Shown: piece by piece, positions 9,004 to 19,447 of the stretch
How the letters are laid out: every line of letters begins with the position of its first letter
Position numbering within the stretch: position 1 is the stretch's first letter
From: Gemmatimonadales bacterium
Lineage (GTDB): Bacteria; Gemmatimonadota; Gemmatimonadetes; Gemmatimonadales; GWC2-71-9
DNA: 60,932 bases
NCBI GenBank assembly: GCA_046596135.1
Contig: JBKJMX010000166.1
Location: 1 to 60,932 of the forward strand
Reading direction: 5' to 3'
Program-made: the position numbers and the translations under genes
Notes under the pieces: model-generated
Database searches by the model: none
What the model was told of the DNA's origin: nothing
What the model saw: only the letters and a program-made list of their open reading frames with translations

Positions 9004-10913
9004 TTGTAGCTCCTGGTCGCGAGCTGCACAAACTCGAACTCGAGCTGCTCGACATTCCGCTTCGCGGGCACGCCCTCGCCCCGGTACTCCCACACCGCGA
9101 CATGCGCGAACTCGTCATCGTTGCGAAGCGCCTCGCCGTCAGGCGTCTGGTACTCGACGCGGAAGTGCCCACCGCACGACTCCTCGCGTTCCAGCGCGTC
9201 ACGGCACATGAGCTCGGCGAACTCCATGAAGTCGGCCACGCGGCCGGCCTTCTCCAGCGACTGGTTGAGCGTGTCGGCCGATCCGAGGACGCGCACATCG
9301 GCCCAGAACTCGGCGCGAAGCACCGGGATCCTCCGCAGCGCCTCCTCCAGTCCCTCGCGCGAGCGGGCCATCCCGCAGTAGTCCCACATCAACTTGCCGA
9401 GTTCCTTGTGAAAGGAATCGACCGACCGGTTGCCGTTGATGGTCAACAGGCGTACGGTGCGCTCGCGTACCAGTTGCTCTGCCTCGGCGAACGCCGGGTG
9501 CGACGTATCCACCTCGGCGAACGTGGTGCTCGCGATGTAGTCACCAATGGTGTACGGCAGCACGAAGTAGCCGTCGGCCAGCCCCTGCATCAGTGCGGAG
9601 GCACCGAGACGGTTGGCGCCATGGTCGGAGAAATTGGCCTCGCCGATCACGTGCAGCCCGGGCAGCGTGCTCATGAGGTTGTAGTCGACCCACGTGCCGC
9701 CCATGGTGTAGTGCACCGCGGGGTAGATGCGCATCGGGGTCTCGTAGGGGTTCTCGCCGGTGATCCGCTCGTACATCTCGAAGAGATTGCTGTAGCGCTC
9801 CCGGATCACGTCCTCTCCCAGCCGGTTGATGGCAGTGGCGAAGTCGAGGTAGACGCCGAGCCCGCCGCGACCCACACCCCGCCCCTCGTCGCACGCCTCC
9901 TTGGCGGCCCGCGATGCGATGTCGCGTGGCGCAAGATTGCCGAAGCTCGGGTACTTGCGCTCCAGGTAGTAGTCCCGTTCGGCGTCGGGAATGTCCCGCG
10001 GCCGTCGGGTATCATCCTGCTGCAGCGGCACCCACACCCGTCCATCGTTGCGCAGCGACTCCGACATCAGGGTGAGCTTCGACTGATAATCCCCGCTCAC
10101 CGGGATGCATGTCGGATGAATCTGCGTGAAGCACGGGTTGGCGAACCCCGCCCCCCGCTTCCACGCCCGGAACGCCGCGGTGACGTTGCAGCCCTTCGCG
10201 TTGGTCGAGAGATAGAAGACGTTGCCGTAACCGCCCGTGGCGAGCACCACGTCGTGCCCCGCGTGCGATTCGATCGCACCGGTCACCATGTCGCGCACCA
10301 CGATCCCGCGGGCGCGTCCATCGATGACGACCAGGTCGAGCATCTCGTGACGGGTGTACATCGTCACCGCGCCCCGTGCGATCTGTCTCTCGAGCGCCTG
10401 GTACGCGCCGATCAGGAGTTGCTGGCCGGTCTGGCCCCGGGCGTAGAAGGTGCGGGACACCTGTGCGCCGCCGAACGAGCGGTTGGCCAGCGTGCCACCA
10501 TACTCCCGCGCGAACGGGACGCCCTGCGCCACGCACTGGTCGATGATGTCGCCCGAGACCTGCGAGAGCCGATAGACGTTGCCCTCGCGGGAGCGGAAGT
10601 CGCCGCCCTTGATCGTGTCGCGAAAGAGGCGCTCGATCGAGTCACCGTCGTTCTGGTAGTTCTTCGCGGCGTTGATGCCACCCTGCGCTGCAATGGAGTG
10701 GGCCCGCCGCGGCGAGTCCTGGAAGCAGAAACACGACACGTTGTAGCCGAGTTCGGCGAGCGACGCCGCCGCCGACGCGCCAGCCAGCCCTGACCCCACC
10801 ACGATCACGTGATACTTGCGCTTGTTGGCCGGCGACACCAGCCGCAGTGCCGAGCGGTGCCGATCCCACTTTTCGGCAAGCGGGCCGTCGGGAATCCGGT
10901 CGTCGAGGTGCAT
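9000..10913 (-). CDS. sdhA: Succinate dehydrogenase/fumarate reductase flavoprotein subunit
   Basis: GSGLAG FAD loop, [11 protein letters not shown] (covalent-FAD His), QIHPT, HYTMGG, HGANRLG and REESCGGH. Confidence 0.95.
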   Translation of the reverse strand: MHLDDRIPDGPLAEKWDRHRSALRLVSPANKRKYHVIVVGSGLAGASAAASLAELGYNVSCFCFQDSPRRAHSIAAQGGINAAKNYQNDGDSIERLFRDTIKGGDFRSREGNVYRLSQVSGDIIDQCVAQGVPFAREYGGTLANRSFGGAQVSRTFYARGQTGQQLLIGAYQALERQIARGAVTMYTRHEMLDLVVIDGRARGIVVRDMVTGAIESHAGHDVVLATGGYGNVFYLSTNAKGCNVTAAFRAWKRGAGFANPCFTQIHPTCIPVSGDYQSKLTLMSESLRNDGRVWVPLQQDDTRRPRDIPDAERDYYLERKYPSFGNLAPRDIASRAAKEACDEGRGVGRGGLGVYLDFATAINRLGEDVIRERYSNLFEMYERITGENPYETPMRIYPAVHYTMGGTWVDYNLMSTLPGLHVIGEANFSDHGANRLGASALMQGLADGYFVLPYTIGDYIASTTFAEVDTSHPAFAEAEQLVRERTVRLLTINGNRSVDSFHKELGKLMWDYCGMARSREGLEEALRRIPVLRAEFWADVRVLGSADTLNQSLEKAGRVADFMEFAELMCRDALEREESCGGHFRVEYQTPDGEALRNDDEFAHVAVWEYRGEGVPAKRNVEQLEFEFVQLATRSYK

Positions 10914-10933
10914 GGGAATATCGGGCGCCCCGC

Positions 10934-11590
10934 TCAATGGAGCCATCCCAGCAACGCCGCAGCGGGAATTGAGGCGAAACCGCCGGCCACGAGGACGGTG
11001 AGGCCGATCGCGATCCCGCGCCGCCACCGGTTCCAGGTCGGGTGGTTGATCCCGAGTGTCTGGAACACCGACCAGATCCCGTGCAGGAAATGCGCGCCGA
11101 GTGCGATCATCGAAACGAGGTAGAAAATGGCAACGGGCTTCGACTCCATTCCCCGCACCAGGTTGCGGCCCACTTCACCGACCCGGAAGTCGGGGTGGAT
11201 GATGCCGACGGTGTAGTGCAGGATGTGGAAGATGATGAACACCAGGATCAGCACCCCACCCCACCGCATGGTGCGCGACGCATAGGTGCTCGCCGGGCGG
11301 TCGTGCTCGCGATACGAGCCGCCTCGTCCGGCGCGGGCCATGGCGGTGAGCTGGAACGCAGCGGTGATGTGAATCATGACGGCGCCGAGGAGGATCAGGC
11401 GCGGGATCCAGAGGAGCGGGCCGAAACCGCGCAACCAGGCGGCGTAGTGGTCAAGCGACGCGCCATCGACGAAGACCAGCACATTCGAGATCATGTGCGA
11501 GATCAGGAAGCCCACGAGCAGAAGTCCCGTAAGCGCCATCGCGATCTTCTTCCCGATCGTCGAACGCCACAACCCGATGAGCGCGTTCAC
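10934..11590 (-). CDS. sdhC: Succinate dehydrogenase cytochrome b subunit (single-subunit anchor, probably diheme)
   Basis: [13 protein letters not shown], five TM helices and His ligand candidates (SHMISN, IHI, FHILH, AHFLHG); GTG start 11590. Confidence 0.9.
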   Translation of the reverse strand: MNALIGLWRSTIGKKIAMALTGLLLVGFLISHMISNVLVFVDGASLDHYAAWLRGFGPLLWIPRLILLGAVMIHITAAFQLTAMARAGRGGSYREHDRPASTYASRTMRWGGVLILVFIIFHILHYTVGIIHPDFRVGEVGRNLVRGMESKPVAIFYLVSMIALGAHFLHGIWSVFQTLGINHPTWNRWRRGIAIGLTVLVAGGFASIPAAALLGWLH

Positions 11591-11597
11591 GTCCCGC

Positions 11598-12521
11598 TCA
11601 GACGATCGCCTGAATCGACCGCACCGCCTCGGCGGAGGCGTGCAGCGCCGCGTGTTCCTCTGCGGTGAGCGTGATCGGGATGATCTGCTCGAGGCCTTCG
11701 CGACCCAGGAGGCAGGGGACGCCGCAGTAGACATCGCTGAGGCCGAATTCGCCCTGCAGCCACGCCGAGCACGGGAGGATGCGCTTCTTGTCGAGCACGA
11801 TCGCCTCGACCATCTGCACGGCGGCCGCGCTGGGTGCGTAGTAGGCGGATCCGGTCTTGAGGTGTGCGACGATCTCAGCGCCACCGTTGCGGGCCCGGGT
11901 CACGATGCCGTCGAGGGTTTCCTTCTTCAGCAACTGCGTCACCGGGATGCCCGACACCGTGGTGTAGGAGATCAGCGGGACCATCGTATCGCCGTGCCCA
12001 CCCAGCACCATCGCCTGGATGTCCTCGACCGACACGCCGAGGGCCTCCGACAGGAACATCCGGTAGCGGGCGGTGTCCAGCACCCCGGCCATGCCGATCA
12101 CGCGTTCGCGCGGGAAGCCGGTGGCCTCGCGCATCACGTAGCACATCGCATCGAGCGGGTTGGACACCACGATCACGATCGCGTTCGGGGCGGCGCGCTT
12201 GATCTCGGCGCCGACCGACTTGACGATCCCGGCATTGGTGCGCACGAGGTCGTCGCGGCTCATCCCCGGCTTGCGGGCGATGCCGGCGGTGACCACGAAC
12301 AGCTCGGAGCCCTTGGACAGCGAGTAGTCGTTGGCGCCAACGATGCGGGCATCGAAGCCCTCGACCGGTCCGGACTGCCACTGATCAAGCGCCTTCCCCT
12401 GCGGCACACCCTCGGCAACGTCGACCATGATGACCGTGCGAGCGAGGTGCTTCTCGGCGATGCGCTGCGCTGCCGTGGCGCCGACATTGCCCGCTCCAAC
12501 TACCGTGATCTTCTCGAACAT
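11598..12521 (-). CDS. mdh: Malate dehydrogenase (LDH-like type)
   Basis: [35 protein letters not shown] and GSAYYAP. Confidence 0.95.
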   Translation of the reverse strand: MFEKITVVGAGNVGATAAQRIAEKHLARTVIMVDVAEGVPQGKALDQWQSGPVEGFDARIVGANDYSLSKGSELFVVTAGIARKPGMSRDDLVRTNAGIVKSVGAEIKRAAPNAIVIVVSNPLDAMCYVMREATGFPRERVIGMAGVLDTARYRMFLSEALGVSVEDIQAMVLGGHGDTMVPLISYTTVSGIPVTQLLKKETLDGIVTRARNGGAEIVAHLKTGSAYYAPSAAAVQMVEAIVLDKKRILPCSAWLQGEFGLSDVYCGVPCLLGREGLEQIIPITLTAEEHAALHASAEAVRSIQAIV

Positions 12522-12590
12522 GGGTGTATATGGCCCGCGAGGAGGGTGGGCGCCGTGTGCGCGGCGCGTCGCAGTGCATCCGTGCCTGCA

Positions 12591-12619
12591 AAGTTATACC
12601 GGGCCGTGGGTTGGCCCAA
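12591..12619 (-). promoter_or_regulatory. Putative sigma70 promoter for mdh-sdhCAB
   Basis: Minus strand TTGGGC-17nt-TAACTT (an overlapping TATAAC is also present), ~70 nt upstream of mdh. Confidence 0.4.
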
Positions 12620-12626
12620 GTTTTCC

Positions 12627-13112
12627 TCAGTGGTGGCGGCGCTTCCGGGGCGGGCGCACAGGGGCGTCGCTGATTCGCGGCGCGGCGATCTCCAGCACGG
12701 CGGCCACGGCATCCGCCAGCACGACCGTCTTGCGGCGGTCCGGTACCGGGAGGCGGAAGAGGCGGTCGGGATACTTCTCGCGGATCCGCTCCGGCATGCT
12801 GCCCGCCTCATCGCCGAAGACCAGCACCGAGTTGGGTCGGTACGGCGCGTCGCGCGCATCCCGCTCGCCCTCCGTGCCGAAATAGAGACACCGTTCCCGG
12901 CTCATCGCGTCACGAAATTCTCGCCAGCCGGGATGCACCCACATGTCGACCGACGCGGAGCCTTCGGACGCATCGCGGAGTGCCGGATCGTCGGTGGCGA
13001 ACTGGAGCGGCCCGATGAGGTGCAGCGGCGCATCAGCGGTGGCGCAGTGCCGAGCGACGGCAGCCGTCGCGGGGGCGGTGAGCGCTTCGAGCAGGGCAAC
13101 GTGGAGGGCCAT
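12627..13112 (-). CDS. SPOUT family TrmL/SpoU-like protein, divergent
   Basis: Collinear with TrmL (LHVAL..., ARHC...LHLIGPL.F..DD..LR, LVFGDEAGSMP, FRLP) but several conserved motifs are replaced. Confidence 0.7.
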   Translation of the reverse strand: MALHVALLEALTAPATAAVARHCATADAPLHLIGPLQFATDDPALRDASEGSASVDMWVHPGWREFRDAMSRERCLYFGTEGERDARDAPYRPNSVLVFGDEAGSMPERIREKYPDRLFRLPVPDRRKTVVLADAVAAVLEIAAPRISDAPVRPPRKRRHH

Positions 13113-13226
13113 GGCATCCGTCGTGGTGAGGGCGGGGTCGCGAAGACATACGCCCTCCCCCGCGCCGGGGCAACTGTCCGGGCGGAGGAGGGCGCATGAA
13201 TGTTCCGCTACTCAAGCGCAGCAAGT

Positions 13227-14951
13227 CTACTGCTGGCACCTTGCGGTCGGGTCGAACGGGCCTGCCTTGTCGACCTTCACACGGTGGTCGAGGTTCGCGG
13301 TGCGCAGCGACACGTCAAAGATCAGCCGGGTCAAGTTCGCCGCGTGATCGTACCGGATGTACTGCGGCTCGTCGGTCACCTGGTGATAGTCCGCGTGACC
13401 ACCGGTGGTGAAGAACGCCACCGGGATGCCGTACGCCGCGTAGCTTGCGTGGTCGCTCCGGCAGTAAATGTTCTGCGGATGACCGTTGGCATCGAGCGCG
13501 TAGTCGAGACGGAAGCCGAAGTCCTTACCGGTGTTGGCCGTCTCGATCACGTCGCCGAGCTCGCGAGAGAGGCGCCGGGACCCGACGAGCTGGACATATT
13601 TCGTATCGCCGTGCACGAGCGCACCAGCCGACTCCTGGCCTGTGATGTCGTCAGGGGCACCCCGGCCGATCATATCGATGTTGAGCGCCGCCACGATGGA
13701 GTCGCGCGGCACGGTGGGGTGCTTGGCGAAGAACCCCGAGCCGTACATTCCCGCCTCCTCACCAGTGTGCCAGATGAAGAGCATCGACCGCTTCGGCTTG
13801 ACCTTCCCGGAGGCGTACGCCTCCGCGATCTCGAGGAGCGCCATGCTGCCCGACCCATCGTCGTCAGCACCATTGAAAATCGAGTCCGTCCGAGGCGCAC
13901 GCGTTGCCCTGATGGCGGCGAGTTCCGTATTGAGGGCCGCCCACTTCGCCGTGTCCTTGATCAGCTCCAGGGTGTTGCGGGTATCGGCGCCCTGCGGCCG
14001 GAAGGCAACATTGAAACGCTTCAGCGAATCGTGATCGGCCGGCCGATTGTTAAAGCCGATATGGTCGTTGTGCGCGCCGATGACGACGTACTCACCACGA
14101 AGCTTCGGGTCACTGCCTTCGAGCTTGGCGATCACGTTCCGACCGCCGCGTGGCGAATCGATGAACATCGCTCGTGCGCTCACCGTCTTGCCGGCGGCTC
14201 CCGGTAGTGCAGTCGCGAACGGGGCCCCGAGCATTGCATCAGCCACCTTCGCCATCACCGTGAGGTCGGTGGGTGCCGGGTCGCGGGACAACATTCCGAC
14301 GCGTGCACCGGATACGGCGCGGGCGATGGTTGCGGGGGAGAAGTCGCCGTTGGCGACCGTCACGTGACCGGCCACGGCATCGGAGGCGATCATCGCTTGG
14401 TAGCGCGCGAACCCGGCGGACTTGATGAACGCCGCCTGATTGAATCCCTGCGAAATCACGGGCGTACGGACGACCACGAACTTCCCGCGGTACTGCTCGG
14501 GCGTGGGGTTGCCGATGGTGTCGAGGACGCTGCCCCACATCACGACGCCGGCGCCGGAACTGGCCACGGCCTTCCCGCCGCTGGCGGCGAGGAAGTCGGC
14601 GCCGGGTCGGAAGCTCACGCCGTCGACCGAAAGCGTGGACGCGGTGGTGTCGAATGCACGGCCAGCCATCCCGATGTCCTGGAAGAAGCCGTCGTCACCG
14701 GCTGGGAGGAGGCCCATGCGGCGCACCTCGCGTTCGACGTAGGCGGTGCCCATCAGGTTGTACACCGTGCCTACCTGACGACCCATCATGGAGTCGTCGG
14801 CAAAGATGTAGAGTCGGCTCATCAGGTCGCCAGCAGTTATCGCCGCAACGGTTGTCGGGCCGGAATACTTGATGGGGAGTGGACCCTGCGCGAACGCCGG
14901 GGTAGCGCTGGCGACGGCCAGCAGGCCGCCGAGAAGGTGCTGGAACTTCAT
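13227..14951 (-). CDS. M28 family aminopeptidase, secreted
   Basis: Signal peptide AFA-Q, GAHNDH, NGADDDGSG, GEEAG, NIDMIGR, RSDH and DYHQVTD. Confidence 0.9.
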   Translation of the reverse strand: MKFQHLLGGLLAVASATPAFAQGPLPIKYSGPTTVAAITAGDLMSRLYIFADDSMMGRQVGTVYNLMGTAYVEREVRRMGLLPAGDDGFFQDIGMAGRAFDTTASTLSVDGVSFRPGADFLAASGGKAVASSGAGVVMWGSVLDTIGNPTPEQYRGKFVVVRTPVISQGFNQAAFIKSAGFARYQAMIASDAVAGHVTVANGDFSPATIARAVSGARVGMLSRDPAPTDLTVMAKVADAMLGAPFATALPGAAGKTVSARAMFIDSPRGGRNVIAKLEGSDPKLRGEYVVIGAHNDHIGFNNRPADHDSLKRFNVAFRPQGADTRNTLELIKDTAKWAALNTELAAIRATRAPRTDSIFNGADDDGSGSMALLEIAEAYASGKVKPKRSMLFIWHTGEEAGMYGSGFFAKHPTVPRDSIVAALNIDMIGRGAPDDITGQESAGALVHGDTKYVQLVGSRRLSRELGDVIETANTGKDFGFRLDYALDANGHPQNIYCRSDHASYAAYGIPVAFFTTGGHADYHQVTDEPQYIRYDHAANLTRLIFDVSLRTANLDHRVKVDKAGPFDPTARCQQ

Positions 14952-15011
14952 TGGGCATCCTGTGCATTAAAGGGGCACGCCATGTACGCCCCGGCCGCCC
15001 AGGATGTTTCG

Positions 15012-16040
15012 TCAACCGCCCCTGACGTGCATCTCGCGACGCGGGTCGGCGCGAAGATCACCCAGCGCCACCAGCGGCTGGCGATCCGGCTCGGCGACTC
15101 GCTCCTCGGCGCCCCGGTCACTCCGTGTGCTCCAGATCCTCGCTATTGTGCGATCGAGTGCGCTCTCATCAGGCGCCGGATCCCGGAGGAGCGCGCGGAG
15201 GTCGTGTCCCCCCGTTGCGTAGAGGCACGTGAAGAGCGTTCCGTCCGCGGTGAGTCGCGCCCGATCGCAGGCGCGGCAGAATGGAGTTGTGGTCGACGCA
15301 ATCACCCCGACCATCCCGATTCCGGGAATGGCGAATGATTCCGCCGGGGCGTGCGGATCATCTGGTCGGTGACCTCGCGTGGGGGCAGCGAACGCCGTCG
15401 CCAGCACGCCCACGATCTCCTCTCGCGTCACCACGCGATCGTCGCGCCAGCGTGTTGCACCGCCGACATCCATGTACTCGATGAACCGCATCTCTGCATC
15501 GTGCGCCGCCGCAAACCGCACCAGGTCGGCGAGCTCGTCGTCGTTGTAGCCGCGCACCACCACGGCGTTCAGCTTGGTGCCCGTGAACCCCGCATCGCGA
15601 ACCGCGTTGATCCCTGCGATCACGTCGGCGTGACGCGTGCTCCGCGCGAAGCTGGCCATCCGCTCGGGGCGCAACGTGTCGATGCTCACGGTCACCCGAT
15701 CCAGACCCGCATCACGCAGCGCACTTGCCACGGGCGCGAGCAGGAGCCCGTTGGTGGTGAGCGCGATCTCGTCAATCCCGTCGATGGCGCGGAGCATCCG
15801 GATCAGGCCCGTCAGGTCGCGACGCAGCAATGGTTCGCCACCGGTGAGGCGCAGCTTGCGCACGCCCACGCGCGCGAATGCAGTTGCCGCCCGCACGATC
15901 TCCTCGAACGTGAGGAGCGATTCGCGCGGGAGCCAGGTGTAGTGCTCTTCCGGCATGCAGTAGTTGCACCGCAGGTTGCAGCGGTCGGTCACCGAAATCC
16001 GGAGTGACTGCAGCGGGCGCTGCAGCGTGTCGACGATCAT
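15012..16040 (-). CDS. moaA: GTP 3',8-cyclase
   Basis: LRISVTDRCNLRCNYCMP radical-SAM motif, TGGEPLLR, FCxxCxR...C and C-terminal GG. Confidence 0.95.
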   Translation of the reverse strand: MIVDTLQRPLQSLRISVTDRCNLRCNYCMPEEHYTWLPRESLLTFEEIVRAATAFARVGVRKLRLTGGEPLLRRDLTGLIRMLRAIDGIDEIALTTNGLLLAPVASALRDAGLDRVTVSIDTLRPERMASFARSTRHADVIAGINAVRDAGFTGTKLNAVVVRGYNDDELADLVRFAAAHDAEMRFIEYMDVGGATRWRDDRVVTREEIVGVLATAFAAPTRGHRPDDPHAPAESFAIPGIGMVGVIASTTTPFCRACDRARLTADGTLFTCLYATGGHDLRALLRDPAPDESALDRTIARIWSTRSDRGAEERVAEPDRQPLVALGDLRADPRREMHVRGG

Positions 16041-16477
16041 GGTCCCTCCGACTCCCTACGCTCAACGCCAGCAGTCGGATCGACCCACGCCGACGTTCCG
16101 TCGGCATAGTGCTCGTGCTTCCAGATCGGGACCCGGCGCTTGACCTCCTCGATCACGAAACGGCAGGCGGCAAATCCTTCGGCGCGGTGCGCACTCCCGA
16201 CGGCGACCGCGACGGCGATGTCACCGATGTCGAGGTCGCCGAGACGGTGCCGGATCGCCACGACCACCTCCCAACGATTCATCGCCTCCTCGGCGATGGC
16301 CCCGCACTCCTGCTCAGCCATCGCGGCATATGCCGAGTAGGACAGGCGCTCCACCGTGCGGCCGCCGTGATGGTCCCGCACGTGGCCGGCGAAGCTCGTG
16401 ACCGCGCCGTAACCGGGCCGGATCACGGAGGCGCCCAGGGCAGCGAGGTCTATCGGATCGGTAGTGAGGGCGGGCAT
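16037..16477 (-). CDS. moaE: Molybdopterin synthase catalytic subunit
   Basis: GAVTSFAGHVRD, YSAYAAMA, HRLG, SAHRAEGF and KRRVPIWKHE; start moved to ATG 16477. Confidence 0.92.
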   Translation of the reverse strand: MPALTTDPIDLAALGASVIRPGYGAVTSFAGHVRDHHGGRTVERLSYSAYAAMAEQECGAIAEEAMNRWEVVVAIRHRLGDLDIGDIAVAVAVGSAHRAEGFAACRFVIEEVKRRVPIWKHEHYADGTSAWVDPTAGVERRESEGP

Positions 16478-16481
16478 CGGC

Positions 16482-16727
16482 TCAGCCGCCGGCGAGTGGC
16501 GGCAGGAGCGCGATGGCGTCGCCCGATTCGATCGGGTCTCCGGGCGCGGCGATCCGAAGGTTGCGGGCAACAACGGGTTGGGGCGGAAGCAGGTCGCCCC
16601 CCGGCAAGGCGCGGAGGGCGTCGGTCAGCATCGAGATGGTCGCTGGGCTGGGCAACTCAACCGCAACTTCTTCTGCACCAAGCAATTCGGCGTAACTGGC
16701 GAAGACTTCAACCCGAAACGCGGTCAC
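16482..16727 (-). CDS. moaD: Molybdopterin synthase sulfur carrier (MoaD/ThiS)
   Basis: 81 aa ubiquitin-like protein ending GDAIALLPPLAGG. Confidence 0.9.
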   Translation of the reverse strand: MTAFRVEVFASYAELLGAEEVAVELPSPATISMLTDALRALPGGDLLPPQPVVARNLRIAAPGDPIESGDAIALLPPLAGG

Positions 16728-17068
16728 TCGTCGTCCAAGTCGTCGTCATCGTCATCGTCAGCCGGATCGTACTCCTCGTTGGCAACGAGAGCGCGTAACT
16801 CCTTGCTGGGCTTGAATACCGGCACCGGACGCGCCGCCACCTCGACCGGCTCACCGGTGCGCGGGTTGCGCGCCATGCGGGTCTTGCGGCGCCGGATCTT
16901 GAACGTGCCGAAGCCGCGAACCTCGATGTTGTGCTGGTCGCGCAGTGCCTGCTTGACCGCGTCGAGGAAGGCGTCGACGACGCGAGCGCAATCTTTCTTC
17001 GAGATCATCGGCCCAGACGTGCGGGCGATTGCTGCAGTCACCTGTTCGACGAGATCGGCTTTAGTCAT
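16724..17068 (-). CDS. HU/IHF family nucleoid protein (IHF-beta-like) with acidic tail
   Basis: MTKADLV, IEVRGFGTF, ARNPRTGE and FKPSKELR; ends YDPADDDDDDDLDDE. Confidence 0.92.
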   Translation of the reverse strand: MTKADLVEQVTAAIARTSGPMISKKDCARVVDAFLDAVKQALRDQHNIEVRGFGTFKIRRRKTRMARNPRTGEPVEVAARPVPVFKPSKELRALVANEEYDPADDDDDDDLDDE

Positions 17069-17120
17069 CGGTCCCTCGGGAGGTGGCTGGGGCCGTCCGT
17101 GACCCCACCATTCGGGCCGA

Positions 17121-17150
17121 TATGTACGACGCTTAAGTGTTGTCTGTCAA
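17121..17150 (-). promoter_or_regulatory. Putative promoter for HU/IHF-moaD-moaE-moaA
   Basis: Perfect TTGACA (17145-17150, overlapping the carA stop); weak -10 candidate (TACATA) 18 nt downstream. Confidence 0.4.
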
Positions 17151-18283
17151 GAGGTTGCGTCTCTTTCGCCCCGCCGCAGGCGGATCGCATCGAGGAACTG
17201 GCCGAAGTGGGGGAAGGCATCGTGAGGCCCCGGAGCGGCCTCCGGGTGGTACTGCACGGCGAAGGTGGGCAGCGAGCGATGCCGGAGTCCCTCGACCGTC
17301 CCATCGTTGAGGTTCAGGTGGGTCACCATCAGGTCCGGAGCCCCCGGAACGCCGTCGGGCCCGCCCTGAACGGCAAAGCCGTGGTTCTGGGTGGTGATGA
17401 TCACCTTGCCGCTCTCAAGGTCCTTCACGGGATGATTCCCGCCCCGGTGACCATACGCGAGCTTGATTGTGCCCGCTCCGAACGCCAGGCCCAGGAGCTG
17501 GTGGCCCAGGCAGATCCCGAACGTCGGGACGCCGCTCTCGCTGATCTCGCGAATCGCCGCCGGAGCGTACCCGACGGCGGCCGGATCGCCCGGACCGTTC
17601 GAGAGGAAGACGCCGTCCGGATTGCGGGCGAGGACATCGGCAGCACTGGTTTCAGCGGGGACGACCTCGACGCGGAGCCCCGTCGATTCCAGCATTCGGA
17701 CAATGTTCCGCTTCATCCCGAAATCGTAGGCGACGACGAGCGGTCCATCGCCCCGCGAGTACGCGGTGGGCGTGGTGGCAAGCGTCGCGAGATCGAGTCC
17801 GTCCATGGACGGAGATGCGTCGAGCTCATTCTTGAGAGTAGGATCGGGCGCCTCGCCGAGCGCGATCACTCCGCGCATCGCGCCGCGCTCGCGGATGTGC
17901 CTTGTCAGGCGGCGGGTGTCGACTTCGGTGAGGATGGGGATGTTCGCGGCGGCAAGCCACTCTGCCAGTGATTGCGTCGCCTGCCAGTTCGAATAGCCGT
18001 GGGAAAGCTCGCGCACGATGACACCACGTACCTGCGGGTGATCCGACTCATCATCGCTCGCGGTGACACCGTAGTTGCCGATCATGGGTGCCGTCATCAC
18101 CACGATCTGACCCATGTAGCTGGGGTCGGTGAAAGTCTCCTGGTATCCGGTCATGCAGGTGGTGAACACCACTTCGCCGAACGCGGGGGCACCGGCACCG
18201 ACCAGCGTGCCGGCAAACCACTCGCCATCCTCCAGCAGGACGAAGGCGGGACGCCCCGTCCCGCCCCCGGCCGCTCCGCTCAC
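17147..18283 (-). CDS. carA: Carbamoyl-phosphate synthase small subunit
   Basis: [34 protein letters not shown] and VQYHPEA. Confidence 0.95.
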   Translation of the reverse strand: MSGAAGGGTGRPAFVLLEDGEWFAGTLVGAGAPAFGEVVFTTCMTGYQETFTDPSYMGQIVVMTAPMIGNYGVTASDDESDHPQVRGVIVRELSHGYSNWQATQSLAEWLAAANIPILTEVDTRRLTRHIRERGAMRGVIALGEAPDPTLKNELDASPSMDGLDLATLATTPTAYSRGDGPLVVAYDFGMKRNIVRMLESTGLRVEVVPAETSAADVLARNPDGVFLSNGPGDPAAVGYAPAAIREISESGVPTFGICLGHQLLGLAFGAGTIKLAYGHRGGNHPVKDLESGKVIITTQNHGFAVQGGPDGVPGAPDLMVTHLNLNDGTVEGLRHRSLPTFAVQYHPEAAPGPHDAFPHFGQFLDAIRLRRGERDATS

Positions 18284-18663
18284 TGCTGCGGCGTGCCTGG
18301 GGTGGGTTCAGCCGGGGTCGGCACTGGAGCCGGCGCCGGTGTCGGCACGATGGTACCGGGGAGCGGCGCGGCCGGCAGTGGGGCCGGCGCGGCTCCCTGC
18401 TGAAGGCGGCGCTGCACCTCGCTCGCGTTCGTCCCGCGCTGACCCGAGATAGTCGAGAGAATCAGGGCAAGCCCCATGAAAATCCCGCCCGTCCACCACG
18501 TGAGTCGCGTCAGCAGTGTGGTGGCCTGACGACCGCCCAGCACCTGACCGGTGCTGCCCCCGCCGAGCGAGGCGAGTCCGCCGCCCTGGCCGGCCTGCAG
18601 CAGCACGACCACGGAGAGAATGATTCCATCGAGAAGGAGCAGGACGAGCAGGAACGTAAACAT
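18280..18663 (-). CDS. secG: Preprotein translocase subunit SecG
   Basis: Two TM helices, [11 protein letters not shown]...GG and LTRLT; located after tpiA; Pro-rich tail. Confidence 0.9.
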   Translation of the reverse strand: MFTFLLVLLLLDGIILSVVVLLQAGQGGGLASLGGGSTGQVLGGRQATTLLTRLTWWTGGIFMGLALILSTISGQRGTNASEVQRRLQQGAAPAPLPAAPLPGTIVPTPAPAPVPTPAEPTPGTPQQ

Positions 18664-18703
18664 GGTTTTCCCAGGTTGAGTCTAGCCATCAAAGATAATC
18701 GGG

Positions 18704-19447
18704 TCAGGCCTCAGCGCAGATGGCCGCCCAGCCGTCGGGGTCGAGCGACGCTCCCCCCACCAAGACGCCGTCGAGCTCGCGCTGGGCGAGGAGGGCCGCC
18801 ACGTTGCCGGCGTTGACCGAGCCGCCATAGAGCACCCGGGTCTCGCCCTCGAAGCCGAGGTCCTGGAGGACGTTCCGGATTCCCCGGTGGGCGCGGGCAG
18901 CGTCGTCGGGGGTCGCGTTCCGGCCGGTTCCGATGGCCCAGACCGGTTCGTAGGCGATCACGAGATCGATCCCTGGGTCGACTCCCTCGAGCGCACTCCG
19001 GAGTTGCCTGGCGGTCGTCTCGTCGGTCCTCCCGGCCTCGCGGTCATCGAGGGTCTCACCCACGCACAGCATCACCTGAAGCCCGCCGTCGACCACCGCG
19101 TCGAGCTTGCGGCGGGTCTGCTCATCGGTGTCGCCGAAGACATGCCGCCGCTCGCTGTGGCCGACCAGTACCGCGGCCGCGCCCGCACCACGTGCGAGCG
19201 ACACCGACGTCGCGCCGGTGAATGCACCCTTTGGTTCCCAATGCACGTCCTGGGCGCCCACGACGGCGTGATCGTGCCCGGCCAGTGCACGTGCCACCGC
19301 CTCGATCGAAACGGCCGGCGGCAAGAACGCGAGACTTCGGCCGACCCGCGGCTCATCGACCTCGAGGAACCGGTCCATGTAGGTGCGTGCCTCGCCGGGC
19401 GTGACATGCATCTTCCAGTTGGCCGCAAAGAGAAGTGTGCGGCTCAC
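18704..19447 (-). CDS. tpiA: Triosephosphate isomerase
   Basis: AANWKMH, GHSERR, AYEPVWAIGTG, LYGGSV and LVGGASL. Confidence 0.96.
   Translation of the reverse strand: MSRTLLFAANWKMHVTPGEARTYMDRFLEVDEPRVGRSLAFLPPAVSIEAVARALAGHDHAVVGAQDVHWEPKGAFTGATSVSLARGAGAAAVLVGHSERRHVFGDTDEQTRRKLDAVVDGGLQVMLCVGETLDDREAGRTDETTARQLRSALEGVDPGIDLVIAYEPVWAIGTGRNATPDDAARAHRGIRNVLQDLGFEGETRVLYGGSVNAGNVAALLAQRELDGVLVGGASLDPDGWAAICAEA

Noticed and set aside
9102-10793. 563-aa plus-strand ORF (likewise 11493-13199, 26000-27841, 38745-40172 and many others)
   Set aside because: Antisense shadows of clearly identified genes. High GC3 suppresses stops on the opposite strand, and they carry no motifs.
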